A stretch of 64,000 nucleotides of DNA from an uncultured Pseudomonadales bacterium (GTDB taxonomy: Bacteria; Patescibacteriota; Microgenomatia; UBA1400; CAYNFZ01), in NCBI GenBank assembly GCA_964398525.1, contig CAYNMS010000002.1, positions 2,403 to 66,402 of the forward strand. Reading direction: 5' to 3'. Position numbers and translations under genes: made by a program. The notes beneath the pieces are model-generated. The model was not told where the DNA came from. It was given only the letters and a program-made list of their open reading frames with translations, and ran no database searches. Below are positions 39,520 through 49,347 of the stretch, in pieces (the stretch's first letter is position 1; each line of letters begins with the position of its first letter).

Positions 39520-40178
39520 AGGTCTGGAGTGGTAACGATTGACTCTTTGGAGTAATAAACGTTAAAGGTAACGGTCATGGAAATGGCAGGATCAACTTCT
39601 TCATCTTCGAGTGAAGGCTGACTGAATGATACTGAATCGATCAAAACAACCCGTTGAAGATTGTTTAGATCAGCTAGCAACTGTTTGAGTTGTGGTAATT
39701 CCCCTTTTGATGTCATGCGGATTAAAAGGCTGGAAAATGGGGAAGCCTCTGCTTCTGGATTGGTGCCTACTAAAGTGAGTGGGTCGATGCGAAGACTCAC
39801 AAGCCGAGTGCTGTGAAGGGAGTTGATGTATTCAAGTTGAAGTAAAAGTTGATCAAGTTGGTGTTCGGGAGGGATGGCTAGATCGAAGTTAAGAAGGGTA
39901 GTTTGGTGTTGATTAAATTGAGCTTGGGCAGTATTTAGGGCATTGAGTTTGGTATCAACTTTTTTTTCTAATTCCTCTTTTTCTTTTATTTCACCCACTA
40001 GGCTGGATACAGTAGAAAGAGTGGGGCGAATCGCGGCAAAACCGAAAAAACTGATTGTTAGAATGGTTAAAATTAAGGCAGATGAGGTTTGGGCAATGGG
40101 TTTATGATAAGCCCGGCGGATTGAATGGTAGTAGCTTTTGTAATTTAACTGATTGGTTTGGTTGAGGGGTTGATACAT
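39516..40178 (-). CDS. pilO: PilO-like type IV pilus alignment protein
   Basis: TM, coiled coil, AIP, L..L.NLQRVVLIDSVS ferredoxin-like pattern; follows pilN-like gene. Confidence 0.7.
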   Translation of the reverse strand: MYQPLNQTNQLNYKSYYHSIRRAYHKPIAQTSSALILTILTISFFGFAAIRPTLSTVSSLVGEIKEKEELEKKVDTKLNALNTAQAQFNQHQTTLLNFDLAIPPEHQLDQLLLQLEYINSLHSTRLVSLRIDPLTLVGTNPEAEASPFSSLLIRMTSKGELPQLKQLLADLNNLQRVVLIDSVSFSQPSLEDEEVDPAISMTVTFNVYYSKESIVTTPDL

Positions 40179-40181
40179 GAA

Positions 40182-40784
40182 TTATTCCTCGAATTCAGAG
40201 CTAGATTCTGTTTTTGGTTTGGGAGCGGGGGTGGAGACGCCGGCATATTTAGCGCTAACGATGAAGCTTATACCAGTGTCTTTGTCGCTAGTGTTAATTT
40301 TATCCAAAAGTACATCATCGAACATGGCTTCACCTTTGAGGGTGTCGACGAAAACAGACAGGGACTGAGAAGAGTAGGCTTTGGCGATCATGACAAAGCG
40401 ATCGTTGCGAGTGGAGATATCTTCAAAGACGATATCACTGGGGGTATTTTCTGTCACAAAGTTGACTACTTGAATTAGTTGAGGTTTGTCATCAAGTGTT
40501 TGAAGGAACTCGGCTTTTTTTTGAATGGTGCGTACATTGGTTTCGAGTTGTTGGTATGACTGAAGGAGGGCTTGGTTGGAAAGGATGGAGTTATTGAGGT
40601 CAGTAAGTTTGCGGTCGAGAGTAAAACGAGACAAGAAGGTGATGATGACCACCATTTCGGTAAAAACTACGATATAACGGCCAATGGAAAGAGCCCAGGT
40701 GAGAAATTTGCCTATAGGACTTTCGGCAAAAGGATCCTTGGGGAGAAGGTTGACATCAATGGGTTTTGAGCGTCGGGCAGGCAC
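40182..40784 (-). CDS. pilN: PilN-like type IV pilus alignment protein
   Basis: N-terminal VNLLP PilM-binding motif, TM, coiled coil. Confidence 0.78.
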   Translation of the reverse strand: MPARRSKPIDVNLLPKDPFAESPIGKFLTWALSIGRYIVVFTEMVVIITFLSRFTLDRKLTDLNNSILSNQALLQSYQQLETNVRTIQKKAEFLQTLDDKPQLIQVVNFVTENTPSDIVFEDISTRNDRFVMIAKAYSSQSLSVFVDTLKGEAMFDDVLLDKINTSDKDTGISFIVSAKYAGVSTPAPKPKTESSSEFEE

Positions 40785-40864
40785 TTAGTTTGGCAATAAT
40801 GTCTAATTACCCCAGTTAGGGGCTAATACCAATACCATAGCAGGTTTTGAGGCAAGGAACAATC

Positions 40865-41176
40865 TTAAGACTTGACGGATTTGGTGGGTCGGGAAGTAGC
40901 TTTTTGGGAGGATTTTTTGGGTTTAGCTGAATCAGGACTGGAAGTAGTGGTTAATTTGGATAGGCGAGATTTGATGCGAGCTGCTTTGTGAGGGTGAATA
41001 AGATTTTTTTTAGCACTCCGGTCGATAGCAGAAAAAGCTTCGCTTAAATTTGACTGGTTGGGGTTTTGTTCGATACTTTTGATAGCTAATTTGAATTTGT
41101 CTTTAGTGCGTCGATTGACGAGGGTGCGACGTTGATCTTTTCTGAGAGCTCGTTTGGCTGATGAAGTAATAGGCAT
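40865..41176 (-). CDS. rpsT: 30S ribosomal protein S20
   Basis: MPITSSAKRALR...IDRSAKKNLIHPHKAARIKSRL. Confidence 0.95.
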   Translation of the reverse strand: MPITSSAKRALRKDQRRTLVNRRTKDKFKLAIKSIEQNPNQSNLSEAFSAIDRSAKKNLIHPHKAARIKSRLSKLTTTSSPDSAKPKKSSQKATSRPTKSVKS

Positions 41177-41295
41177 AGATGATTAATTTTATTTGATGAC
41201 TTAAAATTGACTGGTAAACCAGGTTTGGATTATATCACCTTAAGATAAATAGGAGAAGGGGTTTGTAAAAAGGTAGGGTAGAAACTAAAGGAATT

Positions 41296-41856
41296 ATGAT
41301 AAAAAATAAAAACTTTGGAATACTTAAGGGTGAAGAATGGTTAGGTGAAAAATTCGTTCAGTGTAGGTTTGAAGGTTTGATGGAAATGTGTGTGTTTGAT
41401 GGGTGTGAGTTTGTTGAGTGTAATTTTTCTGAGGCAAAACTGCAAAATGTGGGACTGCTTGAATGCAAACTGGCTGAAAGTAAATTGGCCTACATTAATT
41501 TTGCTGAGACTTTAATAAAAAGTTGTGAATTTATCAAAGCGATTATGCCGGGTTGTGTCTTTGAAAAATTTGAGTCAGAAAGTAAGACTCAAAGAAAAAG
41601 ACTTAATTTAAAAGGTTGTAGATTTGATCAAACTGATTTAAAGAAAACCTTGTTTATAAAAGCTAATTTGACTGAAGTGAGTTTTAAGGGAGCAAATTTA
41701 GAGAGAGTTGGATTTGAAAACTGTAATTTGAGTGGGGCGGATTTTAGAGAGGCTTTACTGGGTGGAATTAACTTAGTAAACACAACTGTTGATGGAGCAA
41801 AAATAGATGTGGCCGGCTGTATAGCCTTGGCACAAAACCAAGGTTTTAGCTTGTAA
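41296..41856 (+). CDS. Pentapeptide-repeat protein
   Basis: Repeats such as ANLTE-VSFKG-ANLER and CNLSG-ADFRE. Confidence 0.88.
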   Translation: MIKNKNFGILKGEEWLGEKFVQCRFEGLMEMCVFDGCEFVECNFSEAKLQNVGLLECKLAESKLAYINFAETLIKSCEFIKAIMPGCVFEKFESESKTQRKRLNLKGCRFDQTDLKKTLFIKANLTEVSFKGANLERVGFENCNLSGADFREALLGGINLVNTTVDGAKIDVAGCIALAQNQGFSL

Positions 41857-41894
41857 AGGAGACAGGTTTAAATCAAAACTGTTATGATGGATTG

Positions 41895-42431
41895 ATGGAA
41901 TGGTGGCCATGGATAATTGTGAGATTATTGGCTCCACTACTGATTTGGAAGTGGCAGTTTGTGGGAGCGTTGGTCGCAATTGTGGCTGACAACCTGGATG
42001 TAGTGGTGTGGGACGTGATGGGAGTGGAGAAGTTGAGCCAATATTACAACCCAATTGATAAAGCTTTGGATATGTGGATTTATTTGGTAGCAGGAATGGT
42101 GGTTTTAACCAAGTGGAAAAACAAGAGAGCAAAAAAAGCAGGAGTAGTGTTGTTGGTTTGGCGGTTGTTGGGGTTTTTAATTTATGAGTTAACCGGATGG
42201 CGTTATCTGCTGTTTATCTTTCCTAATTTGTTTTGGACATTCTTTGTGGTCTATACAGGCTGGATGGCAATGACAAAAAAGGATCCAATAAATTCAAGTA
42301 GGAGGCTTGGACTACTGTTGTTGGTGTTGGCAATACCAAAACTAGCACAGGAATATCTATTTCATGTAGTGGAATTTGATTTATATGGATTATTTAATGA
42401 TGTGGTTGGCTGGGTGGCTAATTTGGTTTAA
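41895..42431 (+). CDS. Hypothetical membrane protein
   Basis: About 5 TM; conserved-looking D..D, DKALD, FPN motifs. Confidence 0.75.
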   Translation: MEWWPWIIVRLLAPLLIWKWQFVGALVAIVADNLDVVVWDVMGVEKLSQYYNPIDKALDMWIYLVAGMVVLTKWKNKRAKKAGVVLLVWRLLGFLIYELTGWRYLLFIFPNLFWTFFVVYTGWMAMTKKDPINSSRRLGLLLLVLAIPKLAQEYLFHVVEFDLYGLFNDVVGWVANLV

Positions 42432-42443
42432 AAAAGTAGACAT

Positions 42444-42473
42444 AAAAAAACCGGGGCAAAAAGCCCCGGTTTT
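42444..42473. terminator. Bidirectional intrinsic terminator between convergent genes
   Basis: aaaaaaa-ccggggc-aaaaa-gccccgg-tttt. Confidence 0.85.
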
Positions 42474-42490
42474 GTAGTTTAAATAAACGT

Positions 42491-44122
<1,632 letters not shown>

Positions 44123-44132
44123 CTATTAAAAC

Positions 44133-44447
44133 TTATTTGATGACTGCAAGAATATCTTCAAATTTGAGGAATTGGTATTCAACGTCGTTAATTTTAACGT
44201 CGTTGCCACCCCATTTTTTGTAAACGACTTGGTCGCCTTTTTTGACAGGGGAGGTGATTTTGGCGCCTGACTCGGTTATCCAAGTGTCGCCAACGGCCAA
44301 AACTTGGCCTTGTTGAGGTTTTTCATCGTGAGAATCGGGAAGATAGATACCAGATTCAGTTTTGGTTTCGCTAGAAACCGGTTCAACCAGAACATACCCG
44401 GGCATGGGTGAAAGGTTGGTGGGGGTCATTTTGGTGGACTTAGCCAT
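44133..44447 (-). CDS. groS: Co-chaperonin GroES
   Basis: KTESGIYLPD, GQVLAVG, EDILAVI. Confidence 0.96.
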   Translation of the reverse strand: MAKSTKMTPTNLSPMPGYVLVEPVSSETKTESGIYLPDSHDEKPQQGQVLAVGDTWITESGAKITSPVKKGDQVVYKKWGGNDVKINDVEYQFLKFEDILAVIK

Positions 44448-44528
44448 AACTTGACTCCTAAAGATAAATAATTAGTAGTTAATTTAGGCACACTAGTAAA
44501 AATGAAAAGGCAAGCTGACAGCAGACTT

Positions 44529-44564
44529 ATGATAATGCTATCACTCAACGGTGTCAAGTGCTAC
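44529..44564 (-). promoter_or_regulatory. groES-groEL sigma70 promoter with degenerate CIRCE
   Basis: Minus TTGACA (44557-44552)-N17-TATCAT; CTATCACTC-N9-AAGTGCTAC at 44538-44564 (14/18 match to CIRCE). Confidence 0.72.
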
Positions 44565-45182
44565 CTAAGAGGTAAGAGCTTGTTCGGTGTGGGCGGGAAT
44601 GATTGGCGGCAGAGAGGATTCAGAGTGGCCTATGGGAGTGATTTGGGAGAGGAGAACATTTTCGCAGACCAAGCCTTTGGAATCAAAATGAGCATTAAGC
44701 TCGTTTCTGAGCATGTTCTCAACCTGAGGACGTTGGGAGCGAATGTCTGCCAAAGTTAGGCTGAGAAAGGCGTTGCCAATTTTGGAACGGGAAACGGGGC
44801 GGACAATTTTGCTGACAAAATTCTCGCCAACATTTTCCCAAAGTTCTGGAGCTTGGTTTTTGTTGATGCGAAAGTGAATCGAGCCTTCGACTTGGATATC
44901 ATGACCATCTTTGGTGGTGGTTACAATTGATTCATCACCGAGGGCTTCTTTTTGACTTGAATCGAAGTTTTTGTGGATGGTGTATTCGAGAATTTGAGCA
45001 TTAAATAGCTTGGCGATTTGCCAAAAAGGGATTTTGAGGTGTAAACCTGGTCCCCAAGTGTAGGGGAGAACGCCACGACCACGGTCGTAGACACAAGCAA
45101 TATGGCCGGGAGGTACGGAGATAAAAAAGCCCCCAACCACCTCGTCAACTAGAAAACCGACAACTAAACGATCAAATTCCAT
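44565..45182 (-). CDS. SPFH/prohibitin-domain protein (short)
   Basis: VPPGH, PGLHLKIPF, TKDG, IVRP..RS; no C-terminal coiled coil. Confidence 0.8.
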   Translation of the reverse strand: MEFDRLVVGFLVDEVVGGFFISVPPGHIACVYDRGRGVLPYTWGPGLHLKIPFWQIAKLFNAQILEYTIHKNFDSSQKEALGDESIVTTTKDGHDIQVEGSIHFRINKNQAPELWENVGENFVSKIVRPVSRSKIGNAFLSLTLADIRSQRPQVENMLRNELNAHFDSKGLVCENVLLSQITPIGHSESSLPPIIPAHTEQALTS

Positions 45183-45258
45183 AAGACACAAAAGGGGTGA
45201 TAAGTAATGAAGGGTTGAGAGTATTTTACTTGACTCTTAATAGAATTGCACACAATAT

Positions 45259-45987
45259 CTAGCGAGAAGGCTTAAAGAGAAGCTGAGAAAAGAAACGGGA
45301 GAGGAGGTCGATGACAACAACGATGAAACTAAACCAGAGAGTGGTGATGACGAAAAGTTTTTTTCCAGCGGGGAGAAACATAAAAATAAAGAAAGAGGCG
45401 ATAGGGAGAATAAAAAGATAGCGAATTAAATCTTGGCGGGAAGTGGGGAAAGGGGAGTTGATGAGACTAACGGCTTCGACCATAAAAATGGTGAAGGATT
45501 GAAGGAGGTTTAGGAATAGATTGGTGTGGGTTAAATCAAACCTACCCAAAAAGGTTAAGTTGAAGGGTTGGGCAATAGCGGGCATAAAATCGTAGAGCAA
45601 ATGAAGGTCGGCACCCAAGAGGCCGGTGGTGAAGATACGATAAAGAATGAAGAAAATAATCATTTGAATGGCGAAATTGACCGCTTCGGAGATTAACACA
45701 CGACGATTGGAGCGGAAAATAAGCCTAACGGCTGTTTTTTGCCGATGAGGTTGATTTTCAAATTCATTTTTGGCTTTGAGGATTGATTGTTGGATTTCGT
45801 GACGTTCACTTTTTGAGCGCATACCGGCTAGGGTCAAAGGCAGGAGAAGGATGCGGATAGTTAAAGTAAAAAGAATGACGGCAATGCCCATATCAGCAGA
45901 GATAAAAGGGAGACGCTCGGTTAAATAATAGAAAGCAACCAAGAGGTTGAAGAAAGGCTGGTAAATTAGGGTAGTAAATAGGGGCAT
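45259..45987 (-). CDS. YidC/Oxa1-family membrane insertase paralog
   Basis: YQPFFNLL, GIAVILFTLTIRILLLPL, FLG.FDL, LPAG..L. Confidence 0.8.
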   Translation of the reverse strand: MPLFTTLIYQPFFNLLVAFYYLTERLPFISADMGIAVILFTLTIRILLLPLTLAGMRSKSERHEIQQSILKAKNEFENQPHRQKTAVRLIFRSNRRVLISEAVNFAIQMIIFFILYRIFTTGLLGADLHLLYDFMPAIAQPFNLTFLGRFDLTHTNLFLNLLQSFTIFMVEAVSLINSPFPTSRQDLIRYLFILPIASFFIFMFLPAGKKLFVITTLWFSFIVVVIDLLSRFFSQLLFKPSR

Positions 45988-46017
45988 AAAAACTTAGGTT
46001 GATTGTAACCTAAAAGC

Positions 46018-46506
46018 CTAGGTTTGATTGCTGGGAGTGGAAGCGAGAAGGCGAGTGGTGGAAACTTTGGGATTAAAATAATGAACCACTTCTACCTGAC
46101 CGCCATGTTTAGATAAAATCTCGCGCTTTTTTTGAAGATGAGGGGTGTGAGAAGAAACTGCCAGGACGTGAGGGGAGATGGTTTGAATCAAATTCGAATG
46201 ATCTTTGGGGGAGGAAAAGTGGGAGGGAAGAATAAAGGCAGTGTCAACTGAAGGGTGGTCGAGGACCTGTTGAAGCCGCTGGTGTTGTGGTTGTTTGGGT
46301 CTTTGAGGTCCTTTGAGTTGACGGACGCGCTGGTCAGACTCGATTCCAACTATGAGAAAGTTGCCAATTCGCTTGGCTTTGGTGAGGAATAGTTGGTGTT
46401 CTGCATGAAAAAGGTCGAAAACACCTGTGGCGAGCACAATGACTTGCTTAAGTTGACGGGCATGGTCAAGTTTAGTTTGAACTGGAGGGGGGAGAAGAGA
46501 TTTCAT
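46018..46506 (-). CDS. Cytidylyltransferase-like protein (RfaE domain II/TagD fold)
   Basis: ATGVFDLFHAEH, VGIESD..VRQLKG..RP, STT. Confidence 0.82.
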   Translation of the reverse strand: MKSLLPPPVQTKLDHARQLKQVIVLATGVFDLFHAEHQLFLTKAKRIGNFLIVGIESDQRVRQLKGPQRPKQPQHQRLQQVLDHPSVDTAFILPSHFSSPKDHSNLIQTISPHVLAVSSHTPHLQKKREILSKHGGQVEVVHYFNPKVSTTRLLASTPSNQT

Positions 46507-46516
46507 GAAGGTGATT

Positions 46517-47446
46517 TTAACCGGTGGTAGAAGTGAGGCCAAGAGAATGAAGTCGCTTTTGATAGCGAGACATGATTAAGGGGGCAGTTTGCCTTGGGTG
46601 GAAAAATGCACTATAGGTCGTTGTCTCCTCTTGAGTACGGTGTTTGTTCATGTAAATTTGTTGGAATTTATAAGCCAAAAATTCCAGTGGGATAAAAAGC
46701 TGAAAAAAAGGATTGAGGGGTTTAAATGGATGGAAAGGTGTTGGCGGTAGGGGAGAGTGGGGGAGAAAATCAAGCACCCATCGGTTTTGGTGGCGAAAGT
46801 GAGCATCCAGATTGGGTTGGCGTTGCCATAACAGTTGGGCTTGGTGAATTTCATAGGCAGTGTAAAGATTGCGACGATTTGGTGCAAGTTTTAAATGGTG
46901 TGAATCCAGAAAAAGATTGGTACAAAATTTGTTGGTTACTCCCCTGCCTCGAACCGGCATTTCGGGTTTTCTTCTTAAACGCAACACATCTAAGGTTAAA
47001 GTTAAAATCAGTCTGGCGGTCCACATTAGTTTGGGTCTGGTGACGATCATTAAATCAATGTCATCATCGGGATTAGCATTACCTGAGGCGACAGAACCAG
47101 TGAGATAGATAGCCTCAATAAAGGGAAAAACTCTCCCCCACTCCCCTACCCACTTTCGGGTTTTGTTTTGTTTTTTTCGAGAGGCTAGACGGCGAAGGCT
47201 TCTGAGTGAAAAAAGTTGAGATCGACCGGAAAGGGCAAAAAGCTTTTCCGACTCCCCTGCCCCATCGTGGATGACTTGGTTGGATTTGAATAGACGAGAA
47301 ATAGCAAGACTTAGGTCTTTTGGGGAAATTGGGGTAGACGAGATGAGTCGAGAGTGGATTTCGGTTTGAGTGAGGGGATAGTCAAAGATATCGGCATAGG
47401 CGAGAGTTTTGAGGACGGCAACTTCTGAGGGAGACATAGAAAACAA
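46517..47446 (-). CDS. Pol-beta-superfamily nucleotidyltransferase-domain protein
   Basis: LTGSVASG...DDDIDLMIV; N-terminal YADIFDYPLT..EI segment. Confidence 0.75.
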   Translation of the reverse strand: MFSMSPSEVAVLKTLAYADIFDYPLTQTEIHSRLISSTPISPKDLSLAISRLFKSNQVIHDGAGESEKLFALSGRSQLFSLRSLRRLASRKKQNKTRKWVGEWGRVFPFIEAIYLTGSVASGNANPDDDIDLMIVTRPKLMWTARLILTLTLDVLRLRRKPEMPVRGRGVTNKFCTNLFLDSHHLKLAPNRRNLYTAYEIHQAQLLWQRQPNLDAHFRHQNRWVLDFLPHSPLPPTPFHPFKPLNPFFQLFIPLEFLAYKFQQIYMNKHRTQEETTTYSAFFHPRQTAPLIMSRYQKRLHSLGLTSTTG

Positions 47447-49297
47447 TCAATTTGCCAACGGTTGGGTTGGTTGACGGTCAGACTGAGGAGTATAGCCGAA
47501 GCGAGTGAGAACCTGAGTGACTCCTTGGGAGGCGGTTTCGAGAGTAGAGTCGGTTTGGGCTCCAGAGTTGAGGTCGTTAATAGCAGTTTGGTAATACTGA
47601 ATGATTAGATCGTTAATGCCGTTATCAAAGGTACGTGAAGCCATGGGAAAACTGACTGCATCAGGGGCTTGTTTGATGTAGGCGCCGACATATGGATCAT
47701 CGAGGAGTTGGGAGGCCATGTCCGGTCTAGGATAAGGTTCCCCAAAAAGGCGTTCCTGGCTGGCAGCATTGTAGAGTTGTTGGAGGACCTCGGGTGAAGA
47801 GAGGTAAGCAAGGAGTTGCCAAGCGGCTTCTTTTTCTTTGGTCGAACTGGCTTTGGATACACCTTCTACCCAGTAAGACGCCCAGGTTACCTGAGTGTCT
47901 GGAAGTTGAGGGAGAGGAACTATGGCAAAATCTAAATTCGGGTTAATGGAGTTGACTTCGTGTGCCCGCCAAGAAGGAGCAATCATCATGGCAGCTTTTT
48001 CGGTGGCGAAAGCGTAAGTTGCCTCTGGAAGAGTTTCGTCCCAAAGGGCATCTTCTTGGCTAAAAAGGGTGTAATACTCTATCGCGTCGATGGCGAAAGG
48101 GTGGTTGGGAGTGGCGGGGGTGGTGCCGTTTTGGAAGATCATAAGACCCAAAATATCGGAAAAGTGATCTATTTTTTCGGTACTGCCTAGCGCAACACCT
48201 GAGCGCTGAATTGTTGGTCCAGTTTTGATAGTAAGCTCGTTGGCAGTAGTGCGGAGTTCGTCCCAGGTGCGGGGAGGAGCCTTGGCAGCGGTCGCAAAAA
48301 TGGTTTTGTTGTAATAAAGACCTAGGCCATCGATCATGAGGGGAATGCCCACAAATGAATCATTGGCGGCTAAGTCGGTGGCGGCTACGGGGTAAAAGTT
48401 GTTTTGAAATTGACTGGAAGTCATGACGGATGAAGGCAGAAGGTCTAGCTCATTACTGAGCATAGTTGCCCAAGTGTTGTGGAAACGGAAGAGATCTGGT
48501 CCGTTGCCTTGTTCAAAAGAGGATTGAAGCCTTTGGCGATAATCCTGAGGTGATTGTTGGGTGTAGTTAACGGTGACACCGTGTGAATCCTCGAACTGAG
48601 AAAGGACATTCTCCAAAACCATAGAAGGCTCCCACAACCCCCAATATTCCAGAGTGACTCCACTAACCGAAGGCAGGGAGGTTGAGTTGGAAGGGTTTGA
48701 AGGAGTGTCCGTTGAGTCGGAAAAGAATAAAAAGTAAGCAGCGGCTCCAGCAGCTGATAAAAGCAAAAGGACAATGACTATCAAAAAGATTTTTAGAATT
48801 GGCTTTTTTTTAGGTGAAGAGGGAGGAGGGTTGGAGTTGATGGTAGGGTTTTCTTGAGGAGGAAGTTGAGGAGATGGTTCAAGAGAAGGTGATGGAGTTG
48901 TAGGTTGGGGTTGAGGTGGAAGTGGGGGTTGGGGTGGCTGGGTTGGAGAAGGGTTGGCAAATGGGGGCGGGGTGGGCAATCCTAGGCTGGGGTCTGGTGT
49001 GGGGTTGGGTGAAGAAGTGGGGTTGGGTGGGGGTGAAGCCTCTGTGAGGCTTGGTGTGGTATTGGGAGAAGGGGGTGGGGTGGGTTGTGGTAAGGGTGAA
49101 ACATTTGCTTGGGTGGATGGAGGTGGGGTGGAAGGCTTGGTTTCGGTTTGAAGTTGAGGTAGGGGTGGAGTGGGGGTGGGGGGTGGGGGTGGGGTAGGAA
49201 TAGATGCAATACCCGGTTCGGATTGAGGATTGGTGGGTGCGTCGGGTCGAGAAGGGGTTTGAGGTGGGGTGGGGCGATTGTTGGGTGAATCAGTCAT
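47447..49297 (-). CDS. Carbohydrate-type extracellular solute-binding protein with long Pro-rich N-terminus
   Basis: About 165-aa Pro-rich region, TM, LEYWGLWE, GPDLF, LYYNK, PRTWDEL. Confidence 0.85.
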   Translation of the reverse strand: MTDSPNNRPTPPQTPSRPDAPTNPQSEPGIASIPTPPPPPTPTPPLPQLQTETKPSTPPPSTQANVSPLPQPTPPPSPNTTPSLTEASPPPNPTSSPNPTPDPSLGLPTPPPFANPSPTQPPQPPLPPQPQPTTPSPSLEPSPQLPPQENPTINSNPPPSSPKKKPILKIFLIVIVLLLLSAAGAAAYFLFFSDSTDTPSNPSNSTSLPSVSGVTLEYWGLWEPSMVLENVLSQFEDSHGVTVNYTQQSPQDYRQRLQSSFEQGNGPDLFRFHNTWATMLSNELDLLPSSVMTSSQFQNNFYPVAATDLAANDSFVGIPLMIDGLGLYYNKTIFATAAKAPPRTWDELRTTANELTIKTGPTIQRSGVALGSTEKIDHFSDILGLMIFQNGTTPATPNHPFAIDAIEYYTLFSQEDALWDETLPEATYAFATEKAAMMIAPSWRAHEVNSINPNLDFAIVPLPQLPDTQVTWASYWVEGVSKASSTKEKEAAWQLLAYLSSPEVLQQLYNAASQERLFGEPYPRPDMASQLLDDPYVGAYIKQAPDAVSFPMASRTFDNGINDLIIQYYQTAINDLNSGAQTDSTLETASQGVTQVLTRFGYTPQSDRQPTQPLAN

Positions 49298-49347
49298 GTT
49301 GGACAGGAACTACTTTTCTCTGGTAGGTTGTGGTTATAATAGCATCT

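Noticed and set aside
48830-49290. G-run-rich tract resembling G-quadruplex or tandem repeat DNA (also near 35470-35580 and 37790-37890)
   Set aside because: Explained by Pro/Thr codons (CCN/ACN) of minus-strand linker regions.
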